Counted from the first letter of the stretch, positions 28,464 through 38,485 are shown. The stretch: DNA of 64,000 nt from an uncultured Chloroflexia bacterium (GCA_963813535.1 CAWEZH010000002.1:1975082-2039081); one strand, 5' to 3'. Translations and numbers: made by a program. Notes: a model not told the origin generated them from the letters alone.

Positions 28464-29710
28464 GCCGGGGCCGACACCGGCGTCGCGACATCGACGTCCG
28501 GACCCTTGCGCCGGATCGCGAGGGCGGCGAAGCCCGCGACGATCGCGATCCATCCGGCCGCGACGAACGCGACGGCGTAGTCCCCGACGTTCTCGCGGAC
28601 GACGCCCGCCACCCAGGCGGCGATCGCGGCCCCGATCATGTGCGAGGCGAACACCCAGCCATACACGACACCGACGTTGTGCTGCCCGAATTGGTCCGCG
28701 ACCAGCGCGACCGTGGGCGGGACGGTCGCGATGTAGTCGAGCCCGAACAGGATCGCGAACGCCGCGATCGTCATCGTGTCGTGGACGAACGGCAGGAAGA
28801 GCAGGCTGACGCCCCGGAAGCTGTAGTAGACGAGCAGGAGCCGGCGCGGGTCGACGCGATCGGTCAACCAGCCACTCGAGATCGTACCGATGAAGTTGAA
28901 GACGCCCATGACGGCCAGCGCCGTCGAGGCGGCGACCGGCGTGAACCCGTGGTCGACCGCATGCGGGATGAAGTGCTGGCCGACCAGACCGTTCGATGTC
29001 GCGCCGCAGATGAAGAACGTCCCGGCCAGGAACCAGAAGTCGGAGGTGCGGACGGCTCGGCCCATGACACCCCGGTCGGGTGGTCGGACGTGGGCGATCT
29101 CGCCGTCGGTCGCGCCACGCGGTCGTTCGCCGACATCGGCTGGGTCGTTCCGAAGCCAGATCAGCACCGGGATGAGGAGCAGCAGCGAGATCACCCCGAG
29201 CACGATCGCGCCGGTCCGCCACCCGACAGCGACAGCGAGCCCCGTCAGCAGCGGGAAGAACACGAGCTGGCCCGCGCTGTTGCTTGCCCCGAAGAGGCCG
29301 ACGACGAGACCACGATCCTTCACGAACCAGCGCGTCGCGACCGTCGGGCCGAGGACGCTGGCAACGAGACCCGTGCCGAGCCCGGATACCAGGCCGAACA
29401 ACAGCGTGAGCTGCCAGATCTCGCGGGTGAAGCTGGTCGCGATCAGCGCTGCGCCCGTCACCGCGAGACTCAGGAGCACGACGTTCTTGACGCCGATCCG
29501 ACCCATCAGCCAGCCGCTCAGGGGACCGGCGAGGCCGAACACGATCAGGCCGGCAGCGGCCGCGAACGACACCGACGCGGTCGACCAGCCCGGCTCTTCG
29601 GTCATGGACAGCAGGAACGCGCCCGGCGCGGATCGGACGCCGGCTGTGACCAGGACGACGATCGCCGTGACGGTGACGACGATCCAGCCGTAGAAGATCG
29701 CGCGACGCAT
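28460..29710 (-). CDS. MFS transporter
   Basis: 12 TM; GWLMGRIG, RWFVKDRGL and GWLTDRVD motifs. Confidence 0.92.
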   Translation of the reverse strand: MRRAIFYGWIVVTVTAIVVLVTAGVRSAPGAFLLSMTEEPGWSTASVSFAAAAGLIVFGLAGPLSGWLMGRIGVKNVVLLSLAVTGAALIATSFTREIWQLTLLFGLVSGLGTGLVASVLGPTVATRWFVKDRGLVVGLFGASNSAGQLVFFPLLTGLAVAVGWRTGAIVLGVISLLLLIPVLIWLRNDPADVGERPRGATDGEIAHVRPPDRGVMGRAVRTSDFWFLAGTFFICGATSNGLVGQHFIPHAVDHGFTPVAASTALAVMGVFNFIGTISSGWLTDRVDPRRLLLVYYSFRGVSLLFLPFVHDTMTIAAFAILFGLDYIATVPPTVALVADQFGQHNVGVVYGWVFASHMIGAAIAAWVAGVVRENVGDYAVAFVAAGWIAIVAGFAALAIRRKGPDVDVATPVSAPA

Positions 29711-29937
29711 CCGCGGATGCTACCGCGCGTCGAGCCCGAGGCGCCTCGCGGTCAGCCGGTCGGGTCCGGGGTGGGCCCGGGGGTCGGGTCGAGCAAGTCC
29801 CGGCTGGGCTTGCGTCGCTTATTGCTCACGCCGGGCCCAGACCAGCCGTGCGCGTCGGCATCCGGTCGACGCGGGACCGGGCGTCGCCTCGACGAGCCCG
29901 GACCCGCGTCACCACGATGTGGTCGGGATGGCCTTGG

Positions 29938-30231
29938 TCAGATCCCCAGCGCCTTGGCCTTGGCGGCTGCGAACTCCTCGTCGGTCAGCACGCCCGATGC
30001 GTGCAGCTGCGCGAGCTGCTCGATCTGGGCCGTGGTCGGATCCACGGCGGGAGCGGGCGCCGCTGGGGGCGGGGCGTAGGCCGCTGCAGCCTGTTCCTGC
30101 TCGTAGGCCTGTGCCTCGGCCTGACTCTGGTACTTCTGCTCCTGGTGGTGGCGGACCGCGCCGGCGGTACCGGCTACCACGGCGGTCGTCGCGGCCGCAC
30201 GGATCAGGCCGCCTCGGCGTCGTCTCATCAT
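29938..30231 (-). CDS. SHOCT domain protein
   Basis: C-terminal QLAQLHASGVLTDEEFAAAKAKAL; AAGGAG RBS. Confidence 0.85.
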   Translation of the reverse strand: MMRRRRGGLIRAAATTAVVAGTAGAVRHHQEQKYQSQAEAQAYEQEQAAAAYAPPPAAPAPAVDPTTAQIEQLAQLHASGVLTDEEFAAAKAKALGI

Positions 30232-30277
30232 TCTGGGTCGCTCCTTTTCGATGTCTCGCGTGCTGAGCCGATCACCA

Positions 30278-30697
30278 TCAGGCGACCGTGGACATGGCCT
30301 CCTCGACGAGCTGGGCCGGGATCCGGCCATTCGCGATGAGGATCCCGTCGGCGTTGCGCAGCGATTCGGCGAACTTCGCCGCCCACACGTTCTCCCAGAT
30401 CATGAGCCCGGCGGTGCTGTTCGGGTCCAGGGCGGCGCCGATCTCCTCGACGTCCTCCTGGCCGAGCAGCCTCGTCCCTTTGACGCCGAGGACGGCGAGT
30501 GTGGCGGCCTCTTCGGGGCTCGCTTCGGACAGCTCGATGGCGGTCACGTTTCCGTCACCGTCTTTGCTGATGATCACCAGGTCGAGGACCTGGATCGTTC
30601 CCGAGTCCTGTAGCGCCTTGATCGCCGGAACGATCTCGCCCGAGAACTTGTTCCCCGGAAACGCGATGGCGATGTATTCGACCGGACCGATGCTCAT
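30278..30697 (-). CDS. DUF1269/DUF6325 family protein
   Basis: GPVEYIAIAFPGNKFSGEI...WENVWA...GRIP; this family is typically paired with SHOCT genes. Confidence 0.8.
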   Translation of the reverse strand: MSIGPVEYIAIAFPGNKFSGEIVPAIKALQDSGTIQVLDLVIISKDGDGNVTAIELSEASPEEAATLAVLGVKGTRLLGQEDVEEIGAALDPNSTAGLMIWENVWAAKFAESLRNADGILIANGRIPAQLVEEAMSTVA

Positions 30698-30857
30698 GCC
30701 CTGACTCCTTCGACGTGATCCCTCAGTTCCGTCGGCAGCATCTGTCGATCAGCCGTTGGGATGCATCACCCTATCGGACCCGGAGGCGCGCAGTCCATCG
30801 TGACGGCACGACTTCATCCGATCGTCGCTCGTCGCCGCGATCCGCCGATAGTGACGG

Positions 30858-32426
30858 CTAGAGCAGTTCTCCGTGGGCCGATCCGGTCGGCTCGCCCTCA
30901 CGCGGTCGGGGTTCCTCGCCGGGACCGAAGTCGGCCTTCGACTCGTCGCCGTTGCCCGACTCGAGAACCTTCAATGGCGCTCCGGCCTGGCCCTCGATCG
31001 CCCCGACCCCGAAGGGCACCCACTTCGACGGGTCCTGCAATCGATGCGCCTCGGTGTTGCCGCGCGCATGGACCTCATCGAAGCCCTTCGGCTCGATCCA
31101 CATCCGTTCGCCCTCCAGCAGGCCGAGCACGCCGGACTGGCCGGGCTCAGGCCGTTCGTGCTGGCAATAGGCGCACGAGGCCGTGTCGTGCTTGCGGTAG
31201 GTCTCGGGCTCCTCGTACGTCGTGATGTAGCCCTCGTAGTTGCGCAGGACGACCTTGTGGTCCGAGTACGAGATCAGGTAGTTCGGCATGACCGGGATCT
31301 TGCCGCCGCCGCCGGGCGCGTCGATCACGAAGGTCGGTACCGCGTAGCCCGACGTATGCCCGCGCAGACCCTCCATGATCTCGAGTCCCTTACCGACCGG
31401 CGTCCGGAAATGCCCCGAGCCCTCGACCAGGTCGCACTGGTACAGGTAGTAGGGCCGGATCCGGTTCGCAACGAGCTGGTGCACGAGCGCGCGCTGGATG
31501 TGGACGCAGTCGTTGACGCCGGCAAGCAGCACGCTCTGGTTGCCGACCGGCAGCCCCGCCTTCGACAGCTTGTCGACCGCGCGGGATACCTCCGGGGTGA
31601 TCTCGTTGGGATGGTTGAAGTGGAGGTTGATCCACAGCGGGTGGTACTTCTCGAGCATCTCGCAGAGCTCGTCGTCGATGCGCTGCGGCAGGAAGACCGG
31701 CACCCTCGAGCCGATCCGGATGATCTCGATGTGGGGGATCTCGCGCAGACCGCGCAGGATCGATTCGAACAGCTTCGGGGCGAGGGTCAGGCCGTCGCCG
31801 CCGGAGATCAGCACGTCACGGACCTGCGGCGTCCGGCGCAGGTACTCGAGCTGCGCCTCGTGGTCCTTGCGGTTGAAGTTCTGGGTCGGGTCGCCGACGA
31901 TCCGCGACCGCGTGCAGTACCGGCAGTACGAGGCGCACTGGGTGGTCACGAGCATCAGCACCCGGTCCGGGTAGCGGTGGACCAACCCGGGCACCGGCGA
32001 GTGGCGATCCTCGGCGAGCGAGTCCTCCATCATCGCGGTGAAGGCCTCGTGCTCGCTGCCGGTCGGGATGACCTGACGGCGGATCGGGTCGTTCGGGTCC
32101 TTCGGATCGATCAGGCTGATGAAGTAGGGCGTGATGTCGACGCGGAACTTGTCAGGCGCCGATAGCCCCTCGCGCTCCTCGTCGGTCAGCTCGAGGATCC
32201 GTTCGATCTCCTCGAGGTCGTTGACCCGGTTCGACAGCTGCCAGCGCCAGTCGTTCCACTTCTCGTCGGGCACATCCTCGTAGATCGGGGCGCGCCGGCT
32301 GACCGCCGGACGACCGTCCGGGCCGAGCGCTCGAGCCGGGTCGGACATGTTGACGAACGGCGCCTCGGCGGCCGCCTTCGCCGCTGCCTGGTGCGCGACC
32401 GCGGTCTTGATCTCCTGGGCGTCCAA
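30858..32426 (-). CDS. kamA: Lysine 2,3-aminomutase (KamA family radical SAM, PLP)
   Basis: WNDWRWQ, HRYPDRVL, CASYCRYC, YLYQCD, DAPGGGGKIP and LRNYEG; TTG start with GGAGG RBS. Confidence 0.9.
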   Translation of the reverse strand: MDAQEIKTAVAHQAAAKAAAEAPFVNMSDPARALGPDGRPAVSRRAPIYEDVPDEKWNDWRWQLSNRVNDLEEIERILELTDEEREGLSAPDKFRVDITPYFISLIDPKDPNDPIRRQVIPTGSEHEAFTAMMEDSLAEDRHSPVPGLVHRYPDRVLMLVTTQCASYCRYCTRSRIVGDPTQNFNRKDHEAQLEYLRRTPQVRDVLISGGDGLTLAPKLFESILRGLREIPHIEIIRIGSRVPVFLPQRIDDELCEMLEKYHPLWINLHFNHPNEITPEVSRAVDKLSKAGLPVGNQSVLLAGVNDCVHIQRALVHQLVANRIRPYYLYQCDLVEGSGHFRTPVGKGLEIMEGLRGHTSGYAVPTFVIDAPGGGGKIPVMPNYLISYSDHKVVLRNYEGYITTYEEPETYRKHDTASCAYCQHERPEPGQSGVLGLLEGERMWIEPKGFDEVHARGNTEAHRLQDPSKWVPFGVGAIEGQAGAPLKVLESGNGDESKADFGPGEEPRPREGEPTGSAHGELL

Positions 32427-32460
32427 CCGGCTCCGACCTCCGCGTGGGTGGTGGCAGCGA

Positions 32461-32477
32461 TGCATAGAGTCTATGCA
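32461..32477. promoter_or_regulatory. Perfect 8-1-8 palindrome TGCATAGA-G-TCTATGCA upstream of kamA
   Basis: Read directly; lies between the minus-strand TATCAT -10 and the kamA RBS. Confidence 0.6.
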
Positions 32478-32547
32478 CTCTGCAAGTCGCCGGATGATAG
32501 CGCCAGCCGGTCACACCGGTCCAGCGCCCGATGGTCCCGTCGGGCCG

Positions 32548-34572
32548 CTACTCGCGCAGGGCACCGATGAGGTCGCTGTACCGATCGGTCCAGGGCCGCC
32601 GGCCGTCCGCATGGGCGGTCCGCCAGCGATCGCCCTCGACCAGGTCGGCCAGGTCCGCGAACGACCGGCCGACGATCACCCATTGCGACGGGTCGGCCAG
32701 GTCCGTGAGCTCCGGCGGTGGCAGATCGCTCCCGATGATCGACACGAACCCCAGCTCTCGCGCTGCCGCGGCCACGATCGGCTCGAGATCGAGGAAACGG
32801 TTCGAGATGTGGACCGCGGTGACGCCGCCCGGTGCGACCGTCCGCATCGACGTCGCCAGCGACTCCACCGTGAGCAGGTGGACGGGCACGGCATCGGATG
32901 AGAACGCGTCCAGAACGAGCAGGTCGAATGCCTCCGACGGCGTCGACTCGAGGCCGAGCCGCCCGTCCTCGACTGCGACGTCGATCGACGCGGGCGAGTC
33001 GGCGAGGAACGTGAAGCTCGCCGGGTCCCGGGCGATGGAGACGACCGTCGGGTCGATCTCGAAGAACCGATACGTGTCTGACACTCGTCCGTAGCCTGCG
33101 ATCGCGCCCGCCCCCAGACCGACAGCCCCGATCCGGAGCGCGGGATGCTCCGCCTGGAGTGACTCGATCACCTCGCCGAGTGGCCCCGCCCGGTGGTAAT
33201 AGCTCAGCGGCTCGCCCGCGTACGGCCCGGAGAACGTCTCGCGGCCGTGGATCGTCGTGCCCGAGAACAGGACGTGCAGCCCCGGCTTTGGCTGGTCCAC
33301 GCGGTAGGCGCCGTAGAAGCTCCGGTCGAGGCGGATCAATGTCGGAGCGCCGCCCACGCCGAGGGTCACGGCGATCACGATCGCGACGAGCGCCGGGATA
33401 CTAGCGAGCGTCTGCCATCCGGGGCGAGAGACGAGCAGGACCGCCACGGCGAGCACGATGAGACCCTCGATGGGGACGCGGAACACGAGAGGGGCCAGGA
33501 CGCCGGCAGCGACACCGCCGACCGCACCCCCGAGCGCGACCAGCAGCGTGTACCCCGTCAGGTAGCTCGGGCTCGGGCGATCGGCCGCGAGGCGACCGTG
33601 CAGCGCAAGTCCGGCGGCGCCGAGCGTCGCGAGCAGCAGCGCGATCGACGGGCCGATCGCGAGGTCGATCACACCGAGCTTGCGGAGCGCAACCGCCAAG
33701 GCGAGGGGCAGCAGGGCGATGGCCCCGACACGCGCCCCGATGGGCTCGGTCCGCGCGTACGCGAGGATCAGCGTCGCCAGATACACGACCAATGGCCCGA
33801 TCCACAGGAACGGCACCGCTGCGACATCCGTCGATATGTCGGTCGTCACGCCGATGAGCAGCGCAGCGGGCACGGCAGCCAGGACGATCCACCACGCTCG
33901 GCGCAGCGCGTCCGGTACGGGGGCTCCGCCACCGACCGGCTCCTCGACTGGGCGGCCCTTGCGACGGACGACCCAGGCGGTGCCAGCCGCTGCCACGACG
34001 AACAGCGCGAACCCGATCGACCACCAGCGCGCCTGGTCGGGCAGGTCGAGGTTGGGTTCGACCAGCGTCGGATAGGCGACGAGGCCGACGAGACTGCCCA
34101 GATTCGATGCGGCGAAGAGTCGATATGGCTCATCGCCACCGGGCAATGACGCGAACCAGCGCTGGGTCGTCGGGCTCGCGCTGGACAGCGCGAAGAACGG
34201 CAGACCCACCATGGCGGTGAGGACGAGCAGAAGCCAGAGGGTGGTCGGTGCGCCCTCCGGCGGCCGCGCGAACGAGGGCACCGCCAGGGGCGCTACGAGC
34301 AGGAGGGCGAGAGCGATCACGCCCAGCGCGACCTGCGCAACGGTATGCCGATGCAGCCCGAAGCGCGAAGAGGTGACATGGGCCCACGCGTAGCCCGCCA
34401 GGAGCGTCGTCTGGAAGAACACCAGCGCGGTGGTCCAGACCGCACTCGTCCCGCCGTAGGTCGGGAGCAGCGAACGCGCGACGAGGGGTTCGACCAGGAA
34501 TGCGAGCGCCGCCGCGAGGAACGCGACGGCGACGAAGAGGGCAGCCTCCGCTACGGGAACCCTCGGAGCTAT
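32548..34572 (-). CDS. Fused membrane domain / spermidine-synthase-like SAM-dependent transferase
   Basis: Multi-TM N-terminus, RSFYG, GTTIHG, VGLGAG, EIDP, LDAFSSDAVPVHLLT and WTDRYS. No canonical start near the gene boundary. Confidence 0.85.
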   Translation of the reverse strand: MAPRVPVAEAALFVAVAFLAAALAFLVEPLVARSLLPTYGGTSAVWTTALVFFQTTLLAGYAWAHVTSSRFGLHRHTVAQVALGVIALALLLVAPLAVPSFARPPEGAPTTLWLLLVLTAMVGLPFFALSSASPTTQRWFASLPGGDEPYRLFAASNLGSLVGLVAYPTLVEPNLDLPDQARWWSIGFALFVVAAAGTAWVVRRKGRPVEEPVGGGAPVPDALRRAWWIVLAAVPAALLIGVTTDISTDVAAVPFLWIGPLVVYLATLILAYARTEPIGARVGAIALLPLALAVALRKLGVIDLAIGPSIALLLATLGAAGLALHGRLAADRPSPSYLTGYTLLVALGGAVGGVAAGVLAPLVFRVPIEGLIVLAVAVLLVSRPGWQTLASIPALVAIVIAVTLGVGGAPTLIRLDRSFYGAYRVDQPKPGLHVLFSGTTIHGRETFSGPYAGEPLSYYHRAGPLGEVIESLQAEHPALRIGAVGLGAGAIAGYGRVSDTYRFFEIDPTVVSIARDPASFTFLADSPASIDVAVEDGRLGLESTPSEAFDLLVLDAFSSDAVPVHLLTVESLATSMRTVAPGGVTAVHISNRFLDLEPIVAAAARELGFVSIIGSDLPPPELTDLADPSQWVIVGRSFADLADLVEGDRWRTAHADGRRPWTDRYSDLIGALRE

Positions 34573-34889
34573 TCCCCGATCACCGACCAGAGCAGGCCCA
34601 TCATGATGAAGAAGCCACTGAACAGGGCGATCAGGCCGAGGCCGCCGTACGGCGTACTCGCCCCGACATGCGGCACGAGCTGCAGGACGATCCCGAAGCC
34701 GAGTGCCCACGCGATGAACAGCAGGGTGAACAGGAACTTCGCGTTCGGATTGGTGACTCGGCGGACCCAGCGGGCCCCGCCCTCGCTCGACAGCGCGGCC
34801 TTCAGGATGATCACGATCATCAGCGTGACGACGGCGATGCTGATGCCGAATGGGATGGGCTGCTGGAAGGCCACGAGGAACAGCTGCAT
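34569..34889 (-). CDS. Small membrane protein (3 TM)
   Basis: Hydrophobic ORF; TAGCAT -10 nine nt upstream. Confidence 0.75.
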   Translation of the reverse strand: MQLFLVAFQQPIPFGISIAVVTLMIVIILKAALSSEGGARWVRRVTNPNAKFLFTLLFIAWALGFGIVLQLVPHVGASTPYGGLGLIALFSGFFIMMGLLWSVIGE

Positions 34890-34979
34890 CGTGCCGCGAT
34901 GCTAGCAGAAGCCCGCTCGTCGAAGATGGCCAGCGGCGATCCGGGCCTCCTCGCCCGCGCCCGCATACGATGACCGCTG

Positions 34980-37259
34980 ATGGCTCCCTTCGATCGACTC
35001 GGCCGGTTCGTCGTGCGCCGCGCGCGGTTCGTCGTCGCAGCGTGGGGGATCCTCATCCTCGTCGCCCTGCCGTTCGCACCGCAGGTCCCGAGCGCGCTCC
35101 GCGCTGGCGGCTTCATCCGCGACGACCTCGAGTCGGCCCGCGCGAAGGCCCTCCTGGAACAGGAGCTCGGGACGCCGCCTTCGGCATTGGTGATCGCGTT
35201 CCATAGCGACACGCTCGTCGCCGGGACGCCCGAGTTCGAGACTCCTGCCGCGGCAGCCATGCGGGATGTCCCGACCGCCCCGCACGTCGCCCGGGTCATC
35301 TCCCACACGCTCCAGCCACGGCAGGTCTCGGCCGACCGGCACACGGCATACGACATCGTCTTGCTCGACCTGCCCGCGGACGAATCGCCCGAGGCCTTGC
35401 CGATCCTTCGCGAGCGGCTCCACGAGGCACCGGGCCTGACCGTCGAGCTTGCCGGTGGTCCCGCCTTCTACGGCGATGTCCAGAGCGTCAGCGAGCGGGA
35501 CCTCCAGCGCAGCGAGATCATCTCGTTGCCGCTGGCCGCGCTGGCGCTCCTCATCGTGTTCGGGTCGGTCGTCGCGGCGGGCGTCCCGCTGGTCGTCGGC
35601 GGCACCAGTGTGCTGATCGCGCTCGGGGCGATCTTCCTCGTCGCGCAGGTCACCCCGATGAGCATCTTCGTCCTCAACCTCGCGACGCTGCTCGGGCTCG
35701 GCCTCGGTGTCGACTATTCGCTGCTGCTCACCAGTCGATTCCGGGAAGAGCTCGCCAAGCGCCCGACCGACGAGCCAGACCGGGTGGGCGAGGCCGTCCG
35801 GATCACAGTCGCGACGGGCGGGCGGGCAGTGTTCTTCAGCGGGCTGACCGTGCTCCTGGGCTTGCTCGGGCTGGTGCTCTTCGAGTTCATGATCCTGCGC
35901 TCGGTCGGGCTCGCGGGAGCGGTCGTCGTCGGCTTCGCCGTCCTCGCCGCGCTGACCCTCTTGCCGGCGCTGCTGGCGGTCTTCGGCCAGCACCTCGATC
36001 GGATGGCTATCCGGCGCGTCCCCACGGGGCCCGCCGCCGAGGGGTCGTGGGCGCGGCTCGCGCGCTGGGTCATGCGCCATCCGGTGGGGGTGCTCATCCC
36101 GACGCTCGCCTTCCTCTTGCTCCTTGGGTACCCGTTCCTGCACGTCCGGTTCAACTCGCCGGACGCGAGCATCCTGCCGGCCGAGCTGCCGTCTCGCGCC
36201 GCCTTCGACCGGCTTCGCGACGCGTTCGGCGAGGGCGAATTCGCACCGATCGCCATCGCGGTCCGAACCGACGGACCGGCCGTCGCGTCCGGGAACCTCG
36301 CCGCGTTGTACGACTATTCGCGTCGGATCGCCGCGGATCCGCGGGTCACGCGCGTCGACAGCCTGGTCGACGTCGACCCGCGCATGACGCTCCCGCAGTA
36401 CCAGCTGCTCTACGCCGACCCGAACGGGCCCCGCGACCGGTTCACCGCGACCGTCCTTGCCGCCACGACCAAGGTTGACCTGACCGCCCTGACGATCACG
36501 ACGCCCTTCGGGCCGAATCGCGACGAGGGCCGGGCACTCGTCCGCGAGCTCCGTGCCGCGACTGGACCCCTCGCGGCACCCGACGGCATGACGATCCTCG
36601 TCGGCGGTGGTGCCGCCGATGTCGCAGACGTGGTCGATGGCGTCGCGGCCGACTTCCCGCGTACCGCCTTGTTCATCATCGTGACGACCTACATCGTGCT
36701 GTTCGCCCTCCTTCGCTCGGTCGTCCTTCCGGTCAAGGCGCTCGTCCTCAATGCCTTGTCCCTGACGGCAAGCTTCGGCGCCCTCGTCTGGATCTTCCAG
36801 GACGGCAACCTCTCAGCGCCGCTCGGGTTCCAGCCGGTGGGGTTCGTCGAGACCACGCAACCCGTGATCCTGTTCTGCGTGCTCTTCGGCCTCTCGATGG
36901 ACTACGAGGTCTTCCTGCTGTCGCGGATGAAGGAGGTCTGGGACACGACCGGTGACAACACGGAGGCCGTCGCCCGCGGTCTTGAGCGCAGCGGGCGGAT
37001 CGTGACGTCGGCCGCGCTGATCGTGGTTGTCGTCGCCGGATCGTTCGCCTTCGCGGACATCGTCCTGATCAAGGCGCTCGGGCTTGGTGTCGCGATCGCG
37101 GTGGCCTTGGACGCGACCGTCGTCCGCGCGCTGTTGGTCCCATCGACGATGCGACTCCTCGGTCGCTGGAATTGGTGGATGCCCGCGACACTCGAGCGCT
37201 TCCTGGCCAACCGACTGCCGGCATCCGAAGCCGAGACCGAAGCGGCGGCGGCCCGGTGA
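34980..37259 (+). CDS. MMPL family (RND superfamily) transporter
   Basis: GLGLGVDYSLLLTSRFREE, FGLSMDYEVFLLSRMKE and LDATVVRALLVP. Confidence 0.93.
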   Translation: MAPFDRLGRFVVRRARFVVAAWGILILVALPFAPQVPSALRAGGFIRDDLESARAKALLEQELGTPPSALVIAFHSDTLVAGTPEFETPAAAAMRDVPTAPHVARVISHTLQPRQVSADRHTAYDIVLLDLPADESPEALPILRERLHEAPGLTVELAGGPAFYGDVQSVSERDLQRSEIISLPLAALALLIVFGSVVAAGVPLVVGGTSVLIALGAIFLVAQVTPMSIFVLNLATLLGLGLGVDYSLLLTSRFREELAKRPTDEPDRVGEAVRITVATGGRAVFFSGLTVLLGLLGLVLFEFMILRSVGLAGAVVVGFAVLAALTLLPALLAVFGQHLDRMAIRRVPTGPAAEGSWARLARWVMRHPVGVLIPTLAFLLLLGYPFLHVRFNSPDASILPAELPSRAAFDRLRDAFGEGEFAPIAIAVRTDGPAVASGNLAALYDYSRRIAADPRVTRVDSLVDVDPRMTLPQYQLLYADPNGPRDRFTATVLAATTKVDLTALTITTPFGPNRDEGRALVRELRAATGPLAAPDGMTILVGGGAADVADVVDGVAADFPRTALFIIVTTYIVLFALLRSVVLPVKALVLNALSLTASFGALVWIFQDGNLSAPLGFQPVGFVETTQPVILFCVLFGLSMDYEVFLLSRMKEVWDTTGDNTEAVARGLERSGRIVTSAALIVVVVAGSFAFADIVLIKALGLGVAIAVALDATVVRALLVPSTMRLLGRWNWWMPATLERFLANRLPASEAETEAAAAR

Positions 37260-38485
37260 GAGGCCTCGTCCGATTTCTCCTTGTCGCTGTCCTCGTCGCC
37301 GGCTGCGCCAACGGCCCGATCCTGGCCAACCCACCGGCACCTCGGCCGTCGATCCCGCCACCGCAGGAAGCGCCGGCGCCGGTCGAGGATCCGGTGCCCG
37401 TCGTCCTGCCACGGGACGACGCGCCGCACGATCGACTGACCGAGTGGTGGTACTACACGGGCCACCTCGTGGGGCATCAGTCCGATGTCGGCCTCGTCCA
37501 GGATCCCTATTCGCTCCCGGGGCCGCGGTACGGCTTCGAGTTCGTGGTCTTCCGCGCCGAGCGGGGTGGCTTCCCGACGACCTGGGCGTCCCATTTCGCC
37601 CTCACCGACGAGACCGAGGGTCGCTTCCACTACGCGCAGCGGCTCGAGGTCGGCGAGGCGGTCGATCGCTCGGCGCTGACGACGGACGGCACGTCCCAGG
37701 GATTCGACTTCGAGCTGATCGGGGCCGATCCGACACGACCATCCACCCTCGACCGACCACCGTGGAAGATGACCGGCTGGAACGGATCGGACCGCCTGCG
37801 CGTGACCCTCTCGCCCGATGAGGCCGCAGCCGCGGGCGTTCCGTCCCTGTCGCTCGGACTCACCCTGTCCAGCCGCAAGCCGCCGGCCCTCCACGACGGC
37901 GACGGCTGGATCGACTTCGGACCGGGCGGCGGCTCCTATTACTACTCCCGGACGGACATGGCGGCGGAGGGCGTGCTGGCGTTGGGCGACGCCACGTACG
38001 ACGTCGACGGCACGGGCTGGTTCGACCACCAGTGGGGCGACTTCGTCAGCGTCGGCGGTGGCGGCTGGGATTGGTTCGCGGTCAACCTCGAGGACGGTAC
38101 GGACCTCACCCTCTCCCTGGTCCGCAACGTGGACGGCACCTACCCGTTGATCTACGGCACGCTGGTCGCGCCGAACGGCACGACTCGCCACCTCGAGCGC
38201 GACGAGTTCCAGGTGACGACGACCGGCAGCTGGACCAGCCCGAAGACGGGCGCTGTCTACCCGTCGGGCTGGTCGATCGCGATCCCCGGTGAGGGCCTGG
38301 CGATCGATCTCACGCCGACCGTCGCTGACCAGGAGCTCGACACGCGGGCAACGACAGGCGTCGTCTACTGGGAGGGGTCGCAGGCGGTGCGCGCTACGCG
38401 GGACGGGCGGTCAGTGGCCGGCCAGGCGTATGTCGAGCTGACCGGCTACGCGCCAGCGGGGTTGGCACCCGCTCCGGCGCCCTAG
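37256..38485 (+). CDS. AttH/CrtC-like lipocalin-fold lipoprotein
   Basis: Lipobox VAGC; LPRDDAPH..TEWWYYTG, SYYYS, WFDHQWG, GWDWF and YWEG. Confidence 0.88.
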   Translation: MRGLVRFLLVAVLVAGCANGPILANPPAPRPSIPPPQEAPAPVEDPVPVVLPRDDAPHDRLTEWWYYTGHLVGHQSDVGLVQDPYSLPGPRYGFEFVVFRAERGGFPTTWASHFALTDETEGRFHYAQRLEVGEAVDRSALTTDGTSQGFDFELIGADPTRPSTLDRPPWKMTGWNGSDRLRVTLSPDEAAAAGVPSLSLGLTLSSRKPPALHDGDGWIDFGPGGGSYYYSRTDMAAEGVLALGDATYDVDGTGWFDHQWGDFVSVGGGGWDWFAVNLEDGTDLTLSLVRNVDGTYPLIYGTLVAPNGTTRHLERDEFQVTTTGSWTSPKTGAVYPSGWSIAIPGEGLAIDLTPTVADQELDTRATTGVVYWEGSQAVRATRDGRSVAGQAYVELTGYAPAGLAPAPAP

